Source: Candidatus Firestoneibacteriota bacterium (GTDB lineage Bacteria > Oederibacteriota > D2-FULL-39-29 > CAIOVX01). Taken from it: 57,529 bases of DNA. Positions 33,838-42,927 of the stretch are shown here, piece by piece. A program made the translations under genes and the position numbers. Within the stretch, counting starts at the first letter, position 1; every line of letters begins with the position of its first letter. The stretch covers positions 1 to 57,529 of the forward strand of contig CAITPB010000233.1 of the NCBI GenBank assembly GCA_903894145.1, given 5' to 3'. The notes under the pieces are model-generated. The model did no database searches, was not told where the DNA came from, and saw nothing but the letters and a program-made list of their open reading frames with translations.

Positions 33838-36723
33838 TTAGAAAGCGGTCTTTGTCAGGTTAAGAGGAATCTGAAGCTGCCTGCCTTCCTTTGTAACATA
33901 TAGCAAGTATCCCTTTTCGAGCGCGAGTTCAAACAGCTCTTTCGTCAGCTGGACATCAAATTGGCAATATTCGATAACCTGCTGTATTTTCCCTTCGCGA
34001 AACCACTGAAGGGATTGCAATCCGTCAGCCGATTTGCCTTTGCTCAGGTTCGCCATTGAAAGATGGTCAAGGCTGAGCCTGAAGTTTATTTGATTTTTTA
34101 CTTCCTCGAGCAGGTCGAGAGTCGGAATTTTAGACAGGTCGGTTTGAGTGTACGGCGCGAGGACAGCCCAGTCAAAACTCTTTATATTGAAGCCTATGAC
34201 CAGATCGGCATTCTTTATCTCTTCCACGGCTTCGCCTATGTTTTCCTCGGTGTAAGCGAGGTATTTCCCCTGTCTTGTTGAATAAAGCACCAGGCAGGCA
34301 ATCTTCATAAGGTGTTTTTTATTCCAACCGCCGACTTCCTGCGCGGATAGTTGCGTCTCTATATCAAGGAAGACGAGGTTCTTGCCGTTGAAATCCGCGG
34401 TGTTCTTCCGCGGTTCCAGAGAGGCAACTATTTTAGGAGGGCAAGCTGTGGGAATAACTTCCTTGCCAAGACCTTCTTCGGTTAAAAATGCCTTGAGAAT
34501 GTGTTCCGCCGCGATTTTGTCCAGCGGCTTGTTCCCATTGCCGCATTTGCTTGACTGTATGCAGGAAGGACAACCGGATTCGCAGGGACAGGAGAGTATC
34601 ATTTTGAGGGTCGCAGGCACAAGTTCATGGATTATTTCGTAGGCTTTTTCCGAGAGGCCAACTCCCCCGGAATGGGCGTCGTAGATGAAGATTCCCGGAG
34701 AATTGAACTGTGAATAGAAGTCATAGGAAACTCCTCCGAGATCAAGCCGGTCACAAAGCGCGAAGAGCGGGAACATTGAAATAAGGGCGTGTTCCGCCGC
34801 GTGAATCCCGCCCTTGAAATCACCGATATCGCAGTCGCGGATCATTTCTTTTAACGTGTTGGGTATCTCAAACCAGATAGCCGAGGTTTCGAAGATATGC
34901 GCCGGCAGGGTTAGCTCATGTTCGTCAAAGATGACCTGGTTGTACATCTTTTTGCGGACATAGCCGGTAACCTGTTCAGTAACCCGCACCCTTCCGTACC
35001 TGACGGTTATTTTACCGTAGGTTTTATGCTTGAATACTTCAAGAATCTCGACATCCTCGCCTGATCTCGGCTGGGTGTAGTAGTCAACATCGGCTTCGAT
35101 GGCTTTTACTTTTTTGTTAAGAAGGTCAAGCTCCTTCACTTCATACTGTATGCCGGAGTGAAGGTAGATGGCAGACGGAAAACATTCGGACAGGACTCTT
35201 GGGTAATCAATCTCGCCTATAATGTTATTGCCGGCGGTGTCAATTATGATAAACGAATCGCCTATGGACCTGATACCGACAAATCGTTCAGGATGCCTCT
35301 GGTAACTGAAATAAAGCCCCTCCACGCCCTTCTGGAGCTTGTTTCCGGCTGTCAAAGTGTCCAATGAGGCACGGAAGCCTTCGCCGTAGTATTTGGCGTC
35401 ATTCGGGGATAACGGCAGTTCAAACGCGGCGCAGGCCAGGTGAGCTTCAGCTATTACGCTGTTGTTTATGTCGACAATAGCGGCTTCCGTGTCTTTATCG
35501 AAGAACTTTTCCGGGTGCAGGGCAAAAAACTGGTCAATAGCGTCTTGAAGCGTGATCATAATAACAAGAGCGCTTCCGACCCTTCCCACCCTACCGCTTC
35601 TTTGCCAGGTGCTCATCATGCTTCCCGGATAGCCGACCATTATGCACGCGTCAAGGCCTCCGATATCTATGCCTACTTCAAGCGCTGACGTGGAAATTAC
35701 GCCGAGAAGCTCTTCGGAAAAGAGCTTTTTCTCTATTTGCCGTCTCTCTTCCGGCAGGTATCCTGCCCTGTAAGCGGCAATTTTTTGGCTGTATTTTGCT
35801 CCCAATTGCGAGATCCACTGGTAAATAAGTTCGGTGACTTTTCTTGCTTTTGTGAAAACAATTGTCTTGAGGCCGCTGTTCAGGCATTCACGCATAAGAT
35901 GCGCCGCTTCGGTATAGGGGGATTCTAGCGGATTCCAAAGGCAGAAGTACTTCCCGGACTGAGGCGCCCCGCTTTCCGAAACAACGGAAAAATCCAGGCC
36001 GGTCAGAGTGCTGACGAACTTCTCAGGGTTGGCTATTGTTGCGCTTGAAGTTATGAATTGCGGGTTGCTGCCGTAATGCGCGCAGACGCGCCTTAATCGC
36101 CGCATTATATGGGCCACGTGTGAACCGAAAACCCCCCTGTAGGAATGGACTTCGTCGATTACGACATATTGGAGGTCCTTGAACAGAGCGGCCCATGTTG
36201 AGTGGTAAGGCAGAATGCCAAGATGAAGCATGTCCGGGTTTGTGACTATGATGTTCGGGCAGTTTTGCCTGATTTTTTGCCTGCGGTAAGATGAGGTGTC
36301 ACCGTCATAGATCGCCGCTAGGTTGCGGTTCTCCGGGAACAACGCGTCCTTGAACTCGCATATTGTTTTGAATTGATCCTGCGCAAGCGCCTTCAACGGG
36401 TAAATGTAGAGCGCTCTTGTTTCAGTATTCGAAAGGCAGCTTTCAACAACAGGAATATTATAAATCATTGTCTTTCCGCTCGCGGTCGGCGTAACCACGG
36501 CGACATTTTTATTTTGCTCTATCAGCGAAAGGGCTTCGGCCTGGTGTGAGAAAAGCTCGCGGATCCCGCGCGTTTCCAGGTATTCCCTCATTTGTTTCGA
36601 AATGTGCTCCGGTAACGGAGAGAATTTCCCTTCTTTTGGCGGTATGCGGTGAACATGTATCAGGGCTTCCTTGTGGGCAGGGTCGCGGCTGAGATGATTT
36701 ATAAGTTCCTTTATCTTGTCCAT
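33838..36723 (-). CDS. YprA/MrfA-family DEAD/DEAH-box helicase with a DUF1998 Zn module, fused to a C-terminal YprB/MrfB-like DEDD exonuclease domain
   Basis: 961 aa. Helicase motifs TPTASGKT, DEVH and SAT. Four-Cys cluster CPCESGCPSCIQSSKC at 34543-34590. C-terminal 180 aa (33841-34380) carry FLDIET, GFNIKSFD and YCQFD motifs. Confidence 0.85.
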   Translation of the reverse strand: MDKIKELINHLSRDPAHKEALIHVHRIPPKEGKFSPLPEHISKQMREYLETRGIRELFSHQAEALSLIEQNKNVAVVTPTASGKTMIYNIPVVESCLSNTETRALYIYPLKALAQDQFKTICEFKDALFPENRNLAAIYDGDTSSYRRQKIRQNCPNIIVTNPDMLHLGILPYHSTWAALFKDLQYVVIDEVHSYRGVFGSHVAHIMRRLRRVCAHYGSNPQFITSSATIANPEKFVSTLTGLDFSVVSESGAPQSGKYFCLWNPLESPYTEAAHLMRECLNSGLKTIVFTKARKVTELIYQWISQLGAKYSQKIAAYRAGYLPEERRQIEKKLFSEELLGVISTSALEVGIDIGGLDACIMVGYPGSMMSTWQRSGRVGRVGSALVIMITLQDAIDQFFALHPEKFFDKDTEAAIVDINNSVIAEAHLACAAFELPLSPNDAKYYGEGFRASLDTLTAGNKLQKGVEGLYFSYQRHPERFVGIRSIGDSFIIIDTAGNNIIGEIDYPRVLSECFPSAIYLHSGIQYEVKELDLLNKKVKAIEADVDYYTQPRSGEDVEILEVFKHKTYGKITVRYGRVRVTEQVTGYVRKKMYNQVIFDEHELTLPAHIFETSAIWFEIPNTLKEMIRDCDIGDFKGGIHAAEHALISMFPLFALCDRLDLGGVSYDFYSQFNSPGIFIYDAHSGGVGLSEKAYEIIHELVPATLKMILSCPCESGCPSCIQSSKCGNGNKPLDKIAAEHILKAFLTEEGLGKEVIPTACPPKIVASLEPRKNTADFNGKNLVFLDIETQLSAQEVGGWNKKHLMKIACLVLYSTRQGKYLAYTEENIGEAVEEIKNADLVIGFNIKSFDWAVLAPYTQTDLSKIPTLDLLEEVKNQINFRLSLDHLSMANLSKGKSADGLQSLQWFREGKIQQVIEYCQFDVQLTKELFELALEKGYLLYVTKEGRQLQIPLNLTKTAF

Positions 36724-36731
36724 GAGCCGAG

Positions 36732-36740
36732 ATTATAACA
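36732..36740 (-). promoter_or_regulatory. Extended -10 promoter TGTTATAAT, 8 nt upstream of the helicase ATG (leaderless geometry)
   Basis: The minus strand reads tttGTTATAATctcggctcATG, with no SD. Confidence 0.6.
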
Positions 36741-36781
36741 AATAGAGCGGAAAATAGAAAGATAAACGGGCGGGGCCGCTC

Positions 36782-37756
36782 CTAAAGGAGGCTAAATATA
36801 ACGGGAACTGTCAGCGCAGAAAGCACGGTAGTCACCAGCGCTCCGGCTGCCGCCAGGTCCGCGTTCTTTCCGTATTGCTTCGAAAATATTATGGCGGCAA
36901 ACGCGGAAGGCATTGAGGCCTGAAGCACTATTATGGCGCGAATTACCGGGTTCATGTGGAAAGGTATTGTTAAAAGGAGAATAACGAGCGGAGTTATTAT
37001 CAGTTTAAGCAGCACAAGCGCAACCATTTTCTTTTCTGTTATTATTTTAAATGCGTCCTTTAACTTAATCCCGGCCGCAACTCCTCCTGTGACAATCATT
37101 GCGAGCGGTACCGTTATATCTCCAAGAAATGCCACCGGCTTGATTAGGCCGGCAGGGACCTGGATCTTAAGGAATACAAAAGCGAATCCGAGAAGCGTCG
37201 CGGCAAGCGCAGGAGTGCTTAACAGTTTCCATGAAAAAAATGGGCGTTTTTCATTGAAGAGTTTAATGCCTACCGTGTAATTAAGAATATCGCCGGCAAC
37301 GCCGAAAAGAATGACATAAATCATTTTGTCAGGGCCGAAAAGCATAGCTACGAGCGGCAGAGGCATGTAGGTGTAGTTTTGGAAAGTATTCAGATAAAGA
37401 TAAACATTGCGATCCTTGCCTGTTATCGAGAGCATTCTCGCCGAGGCCAGAGCCAGCAGGTAGTTGACAAAAAGGATGTTTATAACGGCAAAAAGCGGCA
37501 GGTACAGGGAAGCAAAAAACATCTCCGGTTTGTAACTGGTAAGCATCTTTGCAAGTATCAGGGACGGGATAGAGATGTTGAAGACAATCTTCGACAGTTC
37601 CCCTATCCCGCCCTGTGTGATTAAACTTTTCTTCGCGGCTAGATAGCCCGCGAGCACCATTACCAGAATTCCAAGAACAGAAAGGAATATGTTTCCGGCA
37701 GCGCCGCTGCTAAATATCGGAGTCACCTTTTCCCATCGCTTCTTCTTTCGCCTCAA
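36782..37756 (-). CDS. AEC (auxin efflux carrier) family permease
   Basis: About 10 TM segments. The NIFLSVLGILVMVLAGYL N-terminus is typical of the AEC family. The start is uncertain: TTG at 37756 or GTG at 37726. Either start overlaps the aminotransferase 3' end. Confidence 0.75.
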   Translation of the reverse strand: MRRKKKRWEKVTPIFSSGAAGNIFLSVLGILVMVLAGYLAAKKSLITQGGIGELSKIVFNISIPSLILAKMLTSYKPEMFFASLYLPLFAVINILFVNYLLALASARMLSITGKDRNVYLYLNTFQNYTYMPLPLVAMLFGPDKMIYVILFGVAGDILNYTVGIKLFNEKRPFFSWKLLSTPALAATLLGFAFVFLKIQVPAGLIKPVAFLGDITVPLAMIVTGGVAAGIKLKDAFKIITEKKMVALVLLKLIITPLVILLLTIPFHMNPVIRAIIVLQASMPSAFAAIIFSKQYGKNADLAAAGALVTTVLSALTVPVIFSLL

Positions 37757-39146
37757 TTATCGCTTCTTCCAGCACTTTAACGCCCTCAAGCAATGCGTCC
37801 TCAGGAGTAATAAGCGGAGGAGCAATTTTTACGGACGCGCTGCCGAAGCCCACGGGCGAGAACATCATAAGCCCCTTCTGCAGGCTCTTCTTGACAATCT
37901 CGTGCGCCATGTCGGCGTCAGGGTCCTTTCCGCCCGGTTTGATGATGTGCAGGGCGTAGACAAGTCCGGCGCCGTGCAAGGCTCCTATTATATCCGAATG
38001 CCTGGCTTTAAGCTTCAAAAGTTCGGCGTGCAGCAGCTTTCCGGATTTCGCGCATTTCGCGACCAATTCGTTCTTTATGATAAAGTCTATGTTCGCGAGC
38101 GCTGCCGCGCAGCTTATAGGGTTGCCTGTGTGCGTGCTGGTCATGGTATTCGGTTCATAAAGATCCATAACATCCGGCCTTCCTATAACCGCGGAAAGCG
38201 GCAGTGAGGATGTTATTCCTTTTCCGAAAACGGCAATGTCAGGCACTATGCCGTAATACTCAAAACCGAATAATGTGCCGCATCTCGCAAAACCGGCCTG
38301 AACCTCGTCCAAAACTAGAAGAATATTGTTCTTGGTGCAGAACTTGCGCAGCTGCTTCATAAAACCTTTGGGCGCGAAAGTAGAGCCGCCGCCCTGATAG
38401 GTTTCAACGACTAAGCCGGCAATCCTGGACTTGGCATCCAGTTTAAGGTTCTTTTTCAGGTAGGACGCGAAGTTCTTGAAACAGAAATCGTCGCAGCCTT
38501 CGTAATCTTTCTTGCCCCACGGGCAGCGAAAGCAGTTAGGGAACGGCGCCTGACAGATATCTTTGTCCTTGTTTACGATCCATTCCTTAAGCGCAGGGCT
38601 GCCTCCAAGGAGTTGCGACGCAAGCGTTCTGCCGTGGAAAGCCCCGGTAAAAGATACCATAGCGATTTTCTTAGGTCCGTACTTCTTGTGCCCCCATGTG
38701 CGGCAGAGCTTAAAGGCAACTTCATTGGTTTCGGATCCGGTTGTAAGCAGGAAGACTTTCTTCAGCGGTTTGGGCGCTATCTTAGCAAGTTTTTCCGTGA
38801 GTTTTTCTCTCATTTCGGAAGGAAAACAGTAATTGTGTAGCAGCCCGTGCTTGGCCTGTTTGATTATAGCGTTAACGATAGCCGGGTTGGAGTGGCCGGC
38901 ATTAGCTACCAGCACGCCAGAACTCCAGTCCAGCCATTTGTTTCCGTACTTGTCATAAACATTAAAGCCCTTGGCATGATCCCAGAGCGCCAGCGGCTGT
39001 CCGGACATTGACCTGGGTTCGTATTTTCTCAAGTTTTTAAGTATTTTTACAGATGCCTGTACAGGGAAAGTAGTTGTTTTCATCTCCCTGTATTTAGTCT
39101 TTACCTTCTTTATCTTCTCGACCTTCAATTCGAATTCTTTTGCCAT
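37710..39146 (-). CDS. Class-III (omega) pyridoxal-phosphate aminotransferase
   Basis: 478 aa. GHSNPAIV, LLTTGSETNE, DEVQAGFARCG and TSTHTGNP segments fit the class-III fold. The substrate cannot be determined. Confidence 0.85.
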   Translation of the reverse strand: MAKEFELKVEKIKKVKTKYREMKTTTFPVQASVKILKNLRKYEPRSMSGQPLALWDHAKGFNVYDKYGNKWLDWSSGVLVANAGHSNPAIVNAIIKQAKHGLLHNYCFPSEMREKLTEKLAKIAPKPLKKVFLLTTGSETNEVAFKLCRTWGHKKYGPKKIAMVSFTGAFHGRTLASQLLGGSPALKEWIVNKDKDICQAPFPNCFRCPWGKKDYEGCDDFCFKNFASYLKKNLKLDAKSRIAGLVVETYQGGGSTFAPKGFMKQLRKFCTKNNILLVLDEVQAGFARCGTLFGFEYYGIVPDIAVFGKGITSSLPLSAVIGRPDVMDLYEPNTMTSTHTGNPISCAAALANIDFIIKNELVAKCAKSGKLLHAELLKLKARHSDIIGALHGAGLVYALHIIKPGGKDPDADMAHEIVKKSLQKGLMMFSPVGFGSASVKIAPPLITPEDALLEGVKVLEEAIIEAKEEAMGKGDSDI

Positions 39147-39158
39147 CTCCTTCCTCCT

Positions 39159-39195
39159 CTGTAATCAGCAATCAGTAATTAGCAATTAGTAATCG
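39159..39195. repeat. Heptanucleotide tandem repeat, copy 2 (five units)
   Basis: The plus strand reads CTGTAAT CAGCAAT CAGTAAT TAGCAAT TAGTAAT CG, between the dehydrogenase stop (39199-39201) and the aminotransferase SD. Confidence 0.85.
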
Positions 39196-39198
39196 TAC

Positions 39199-40401
39199 TT
39201 AAATCCAACCTCTGCTCTCCATGGCCGATACAACTTCTTCGGTAGCCAGAGTCAGAGCCGCGTCCTTGTGCGTCATTCTCCGGTCTTTCACCAGAGACAA
39301 TATTTTGTCGAAACTTTTGCCTATCGTAGAATCTATGAATTCAAAGACTTCATCTGACGATGTGAGCACTCCTGATTTCGCGCTGCGCCATTCAATATAT
39401 GACGCAATTACTCCGCCGCTGTTTGCAAGAATGTCCGGAATCACAAGGACCCCTTTTTCATTCAGAATCTTATCTGCGGCTTTTGTTGTAGGTCCGTTGG
39501 CTGCCTCAACTACAAGTTTTGCCTTGACCTTTGACGCGTTCTTCTCGTTTAGGACATTTTCTCTCGCGGCGGGAACAAGTATGTCACAGTCAAGCGAAAG
39601 CAATTCTTCGTTGCTGATTTTATCGCCTGCGAATCCGTCGAACACGCCTGTCTTTTCAACATGCTGCATGAGAGACGGAATATCTATTCCCTTGTTGTTG
39701 AAAATACCTCCTGAAAGGTCTGAAACAGCCGTTACTTTTGCTCCCATTTTCTGCAGGAAGAAACATGTCCAGCTTCCGACATTTCCAAAACCCTGCACGG
39801 CGCATTTCAAACCTTTTATATCGGTTTTCAAGCACTTTTTCGCTGCGACGCCGGCAGAATAAGCTACACCCCTTCCCGTGGCCTCTTTTCTTCCGGGAAG
39901 GCCTCCAACTCCTAGCGGCTTTCCGGTTACACATTCCGGGATATGCAGCTCCCCGTAAATCACAGCCATCTCTTTCGGAGTGGTGCCCATATCAGGGGCC
40001 GGTATATAGACGCCGCTGACAAGATCCGCTCTCATCGTGTGGACGAATTCCTGTATGAGATGGCGTTTCATGTAGGTGTCAAGTTTATGGCTGTCGAAGC
40101 GGATTCCTGATTTTCCGCCGCCGAAAGGGATTCCCGTCAGGGCGGTTTTTAAGGTCATTCTTTCGGCGAGGTCAGTAGTTTCTTCAAGCGAAACGTTAGC
40201 GTCAATACGTATCCCGCCTTTGGCAGGCCCTCTTGCCGTGTTATGGTAAACGACGAAAGCGTCAGCCACAATGAGAGTCTTGCTGTCAAGCCAGATATTT
40301 ATATCAAGTATTGTTTTCTTTTCTGACCGCATGAGTATCTGGCGCGCGTTCTCATTGCCTGCGAGAACATTTTTCACGGCATCAAGGTCAAATACGCTCA
40401 T
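39199..40401 (-). CDS. Glu/Leu/Phe/Val dehydrogenase family protein (likely glutamate dehydrogenase)
   Basis: 400 aa. Catalytic-Lys loop IPFGGGKSGI and Rossmann motif VQGFGNVG. Confidence 0.88.
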   Translation of the reverse strand: MSVFDLDAVKNVLAGNENARQILMRSEKKTILDINIWLDSKTLIVADAFVVYHNTARGPAKGGIRIDANVSLEETTDLAERMTLKTALTGIPFGGGKSGIRFDSHKLDTYMKRHLIQEFVHTMRADLVSGVYIPAPDMGTTPKEMAVIYGELHIPECVTGKPLGVGGLPGRKEATGRGVAYSAGVAAKKCLKTDIKGLKCAVQGFGNVGSWTCFFLQKMGAKVTAVSDLSGGIFNNKGIDIPSLMQHVEKTGVFDGFAGDKISNEELLSLDCDILVPAARENVLNEKNASKVKAKLVVEAANGPTTKAADKILNEKGVLVIPDILANSGGVIASYIEWRSAKSGVLTSSDEVFEFIDSTIGKSFDKILSLVKDRRMTHKDAALTLATEEVVSAMESRGWI

Positions 40402-40433
40402 GTGATCTCCTTGGAAATTGTGCTGCTAAGACG

Positions 40434-40625
40434 CTATTCCTGTCTGGAAACCAATTTTACGCCCTTCCAGGGACACATGTCAACACATGCTCCGCAGCCG
40501 CTGCAGAGTTCAGAAATAACGCGCAAAGACGCCCCGGCGCGTTCAATCGTTCCGTTTCGGCATATACCCGCGCAGCGGCGGCATTTCCGGCATTTGCTCC
40601 TGTTAATTTCCGCTACCAGAGCCAT
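40434..40625 (-). CDS. Small 4Fe-4S dicluster ferredoxin
   Basis: 63 aa with CRKCRRCAGIC and CSGCGACVDMCP motifs. Confidence 0.8.
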   Translation of the reverse strand: MALVAEINRSKCRKCRRCAGICRNGTIERAGASLRVISELCSGCGACVDMCPWKGVKLVSRQE

Positions 40626-40649
40626 CTTGATGCTCCTTTTAAAGCAGAA

Positions 40650-40958
40650 CTATTTTCTGCCCTTGAGTTCTTCCGGCCAGGTAGCCGCGTACACATATGC
40701 GAAGTCATCCGCAAGGGAGGTAAATTGGTGGACAGTATTTGCCGGCACATATACCAACTGTCCTTTTTTAACTTTCTGCTGTTCTTCGCCGAGCAAAAGC
40801 ATAGCTTCCCCTGAGAGTATTATGTAGGCTTCTTCTTCATCCGGGTGCCGCCCGAGTTTGTTTTTTTCGTCCTTCTTCAACGACACAAACTGAACTTCCA
40901 GGTTTACAGTCTCGCCGATTGAGAGTTTTGCGCCGTCTTTCAGTTCTTTTATTATCAT
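40650..40958 (-). CDS. Cupin-domain protein
   Basis: 102 aa. The HPDEEEAYIILSGE...VYVPANTVHQF pattern matches the two cupin motifs. GGAGG SD. Confidence 0.75.
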   Translation of the reverse strand: MIIKELKDGAKLSIGETVNLEVQFVSLKKDEKNKLGRHPDEEEAYIILSGEAMLLLGEEQQKVKKGQLVYVPANTVHQFTSLADDFAYVYAATWPEELKGRK

Positions 40959-40973
40959 ATTGCCTCCGCTAGT

Positions 40974-41002
40974 ATTATCTTTACTATTGCTTTAGTTTTC
41001 AA
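40974..41002 (-). promoter_or_regulatory. Possible promoter, TTGAAA-17 nt-GATAAT, for the cupin-ferredoxin-dehydrogenase unit
   Basis: The hexamers and spacing are good. The predicted start would leave only about a 9-nt leader beginning at the SD, so confidence is lower. Confidence 0.4.
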
Positions 41003-41054
41003 TAGAAGGTGTTTGGCATATATTACACAAAATTGTTAGTTTTAATGTTTTAAT

Positions 41055-41091
41055 AAAAAAAGGGCCGCTTTCATGAAGAAAGCGGCCCTTT
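41055..41091 (-). terminator. Intrinsic terminator after fhs
   Basis: 13-bp stem AAAGGGCCGCTTT/AAAGCGGCCCTTT with a 7-nt loop, followed by a T-run on the minus strand. Confidence 0.88.
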
Positions 41092-41101
41092 CTAAAACTC
41101 T

Positions 41102-42820
41102 TTAGAATAGCCCCACAATCTTTCCGTTCTTATCTATGTCTATCTTCACGCCCGCGGGAACTGAAGGAAGTCCCGGCATAGTGCGCATGTCTCCGCACAG
41201 CGGGTAGAGGAATCCGGCTCCTATGGAAGCCCTGATGTCTCTTACAGGCAGGATAAAGTCCCTCGGCCTGCCTTTGAGAGAAGGATCGTGAGAAAGCGAA
41301 AGATGGGTCTTTGCCATGCAAATCGGGAGCTTATCCCAGCCCAGCTGAGTGTAAAGCCTGATTTTTTCTTCGGCAGCCGATGTGAACGATACATCTTTGG
41401 CGCCGTAAATCTTTGTCGCTATCGTGCGGATCTTTTCCTTTATAGGAGCTTCCAACGGATAAAGGAATTTGAAATTGCTCTTCTTGTCGCAGGCAGCGAC
41501 AACCGCGGCAGCGAGTTCTTTCCCTCCCTGTCCGCCCTTTGCGTGAACCTCGGAAAGGCAGGCGGCATCCGCGCCGAATTCCAGAGACTTTTGTTTGATG
41601 AATTCTATTTCTTTTTCAGTGTCGTCTCCGAATTTATTTATAGCTACTACCACAGGAACGCCGAAGAGTTTCGCGTTCTCTATCTGCTTCTCAAGGTTTG
41701 TTATGCCTTCAGCCAGCGCCGGCAGATTCTCCCGGAGCAGTTCTTCCGGAATTGGCCTTCCGGGCACAACAGTAAATTTGCCTGAATGCATCTTAAGCGC
41801 CCTTACCGTACAGACCATTACCACGCAGTTTGGGACCAGCTTTGAGTAGCGGCACTTGATATTCATAAACTTTTCCATGCCCATATCAGCCGCAAAACCC
41901 GACTCAGTGACGACGTAGTCGGCAAGGCGCAGCGCCATCTGGTCAGCGATTATTGAATTGTTTCCGTGTGCAATGTTCGCGAAGGGCCCGGCATGCACAA
42001 ACGCCGCGGTATGTTCGGTCGTCTGCAGAAGCGTGGGCTTTATGGCGTCTTTCATCAGGACTGTCATGGAACCGGCCACTCCCAGGTCTTCAGTGGTAAC
42101 CGGCTTTCCCTCTTTTGTGAACGCAACCACGATTCTGCCAAGGCGCGCGCGAAGGTCTTTGAGGCTGGTGGTCAGGGCTAGTATAGCCATGACTTCCGAA
42201 GCCACGGAGATATCAAAACCGGTCTGCCTCGCCACGCCGTCGTCCTTTCCGCCAAGGCCCACGACTATATTGCGTAAAGACCTGTCGGAGATGTCCATAA
42301 CCCTTCTCCACAGTATATTGTTTAAGTCAATGTTCAGCTTGTTGCCTTTTTGCAGGTGATTGTCCAGGAATGCCGAACAGAGATTATGAGCCATGGTAAC
42401 CGCATGAACATCGCCGGTCAGGTGCAGATTAAAATCCTCCATCGGGATAACCTGTGAAAATCCGCCTCCGGCAGCGCCGCCCTTAATGCCGAAAACCGGC
42501 CCGAGAGAGGGTTGCCTTATGCAGGTAATAACTTTCTTCCCTATAGCCGCGAGGCCGAGAGAAAGGCCGATGGTTGTGACCGTTTTGCCCTCTCCGAGAG
42601 GGGTTGGAGTTATTGCGGTGACATCAATATATTTGCCCTGTTTTTTTGATTTTAAACGTTCGAGCAGTTCAAGTTTTATCTTTGCTTTGTCGTCGCCGTA
42701 AAGTTCGAGCTCTTCCCGTTTTATCCCGCATTTTGCCGCTATCTCAACAATCGGTTTTGTCTTTATTGACTGTGCTATATCTATGTCTGAAGCAATCTTC
42801 GGTCTTTTTATCTTTGCCAT
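41102..42820 (-). CDS. fhs: Formate-tetrahydrofolate ligase
   Basis: 572 aa. TPTPLGEGKTVTTIGL P-loop region. AAGGAG SD. Confidence 0.96.
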   Translation of the reverse strand: MAKIKRPKIASDIDIAQSIKTKPIVEIAAKCGIKREELELYGDDKAKIKLELLERLKSKKQGKYIDVTAITPTPLGEGKTVTTIGLSLGLAAIGKKVITCIRQPSLGPVFGIKGGAAGGGFSQVIPMEDFNLHLTGDVHAVTMAHNLCSAFLDNHLQKGNKLNIDLNNILWRRVMDISDRSLRNIVVGLGGKDDGVARQTGFDISVASEVMAILALTTSLKDLRARLGRIVVAFTKEGKPVTTEDLGVAGSMTVLMKDAIKPTLLQTTEHTAAFVHAGPFANIAHGNNSIIADQMALRLADYVVTESGFAADMGMEKFMNIKCRYSKLVPNCVVMVCTVRALKMHSGKFTVVPGRPIPEELLRENLPALAEGITNLEKQIENAKLFGVPVVVAINKFGDDTEKEIEFIKQKSLEFGADAACLSEVHAKGGQGGKELAAAVVAACDKKSNFKFLYPLEAPIKEKIRTIATKIYGAKDVSFTSAAEEKIRLYTQLGWDKLPICMAKTHLSLSHDPSLKGRPRDFILPVRDIRASIGAGFLYPLCGDMRTMPGLPSVPAGVKIDIDKNGKIVGLF

Positions 42821-42872
42821 TTGTACTCCTTTTCCGGATTATCCGGCTATGATGACATTAAATACAATCGCA

Positions 42873-42881
42873 ATATTACCA
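42873..42881 (-). promoter_or_regulatory. Possible extended -10 promoter TGGTAATAT for fhs
   Basis: The minus strand reads aTGTGGTAATATtgcg. The predicted leader of about 45 nt contains the hairpin CCGGATAATCCGG. Confidence 0.35.
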
Positions 42882-42927
42882 CATTATATATTCAAATACC
42901 ACACGACAGACCAAATGCTGCCGCAGG

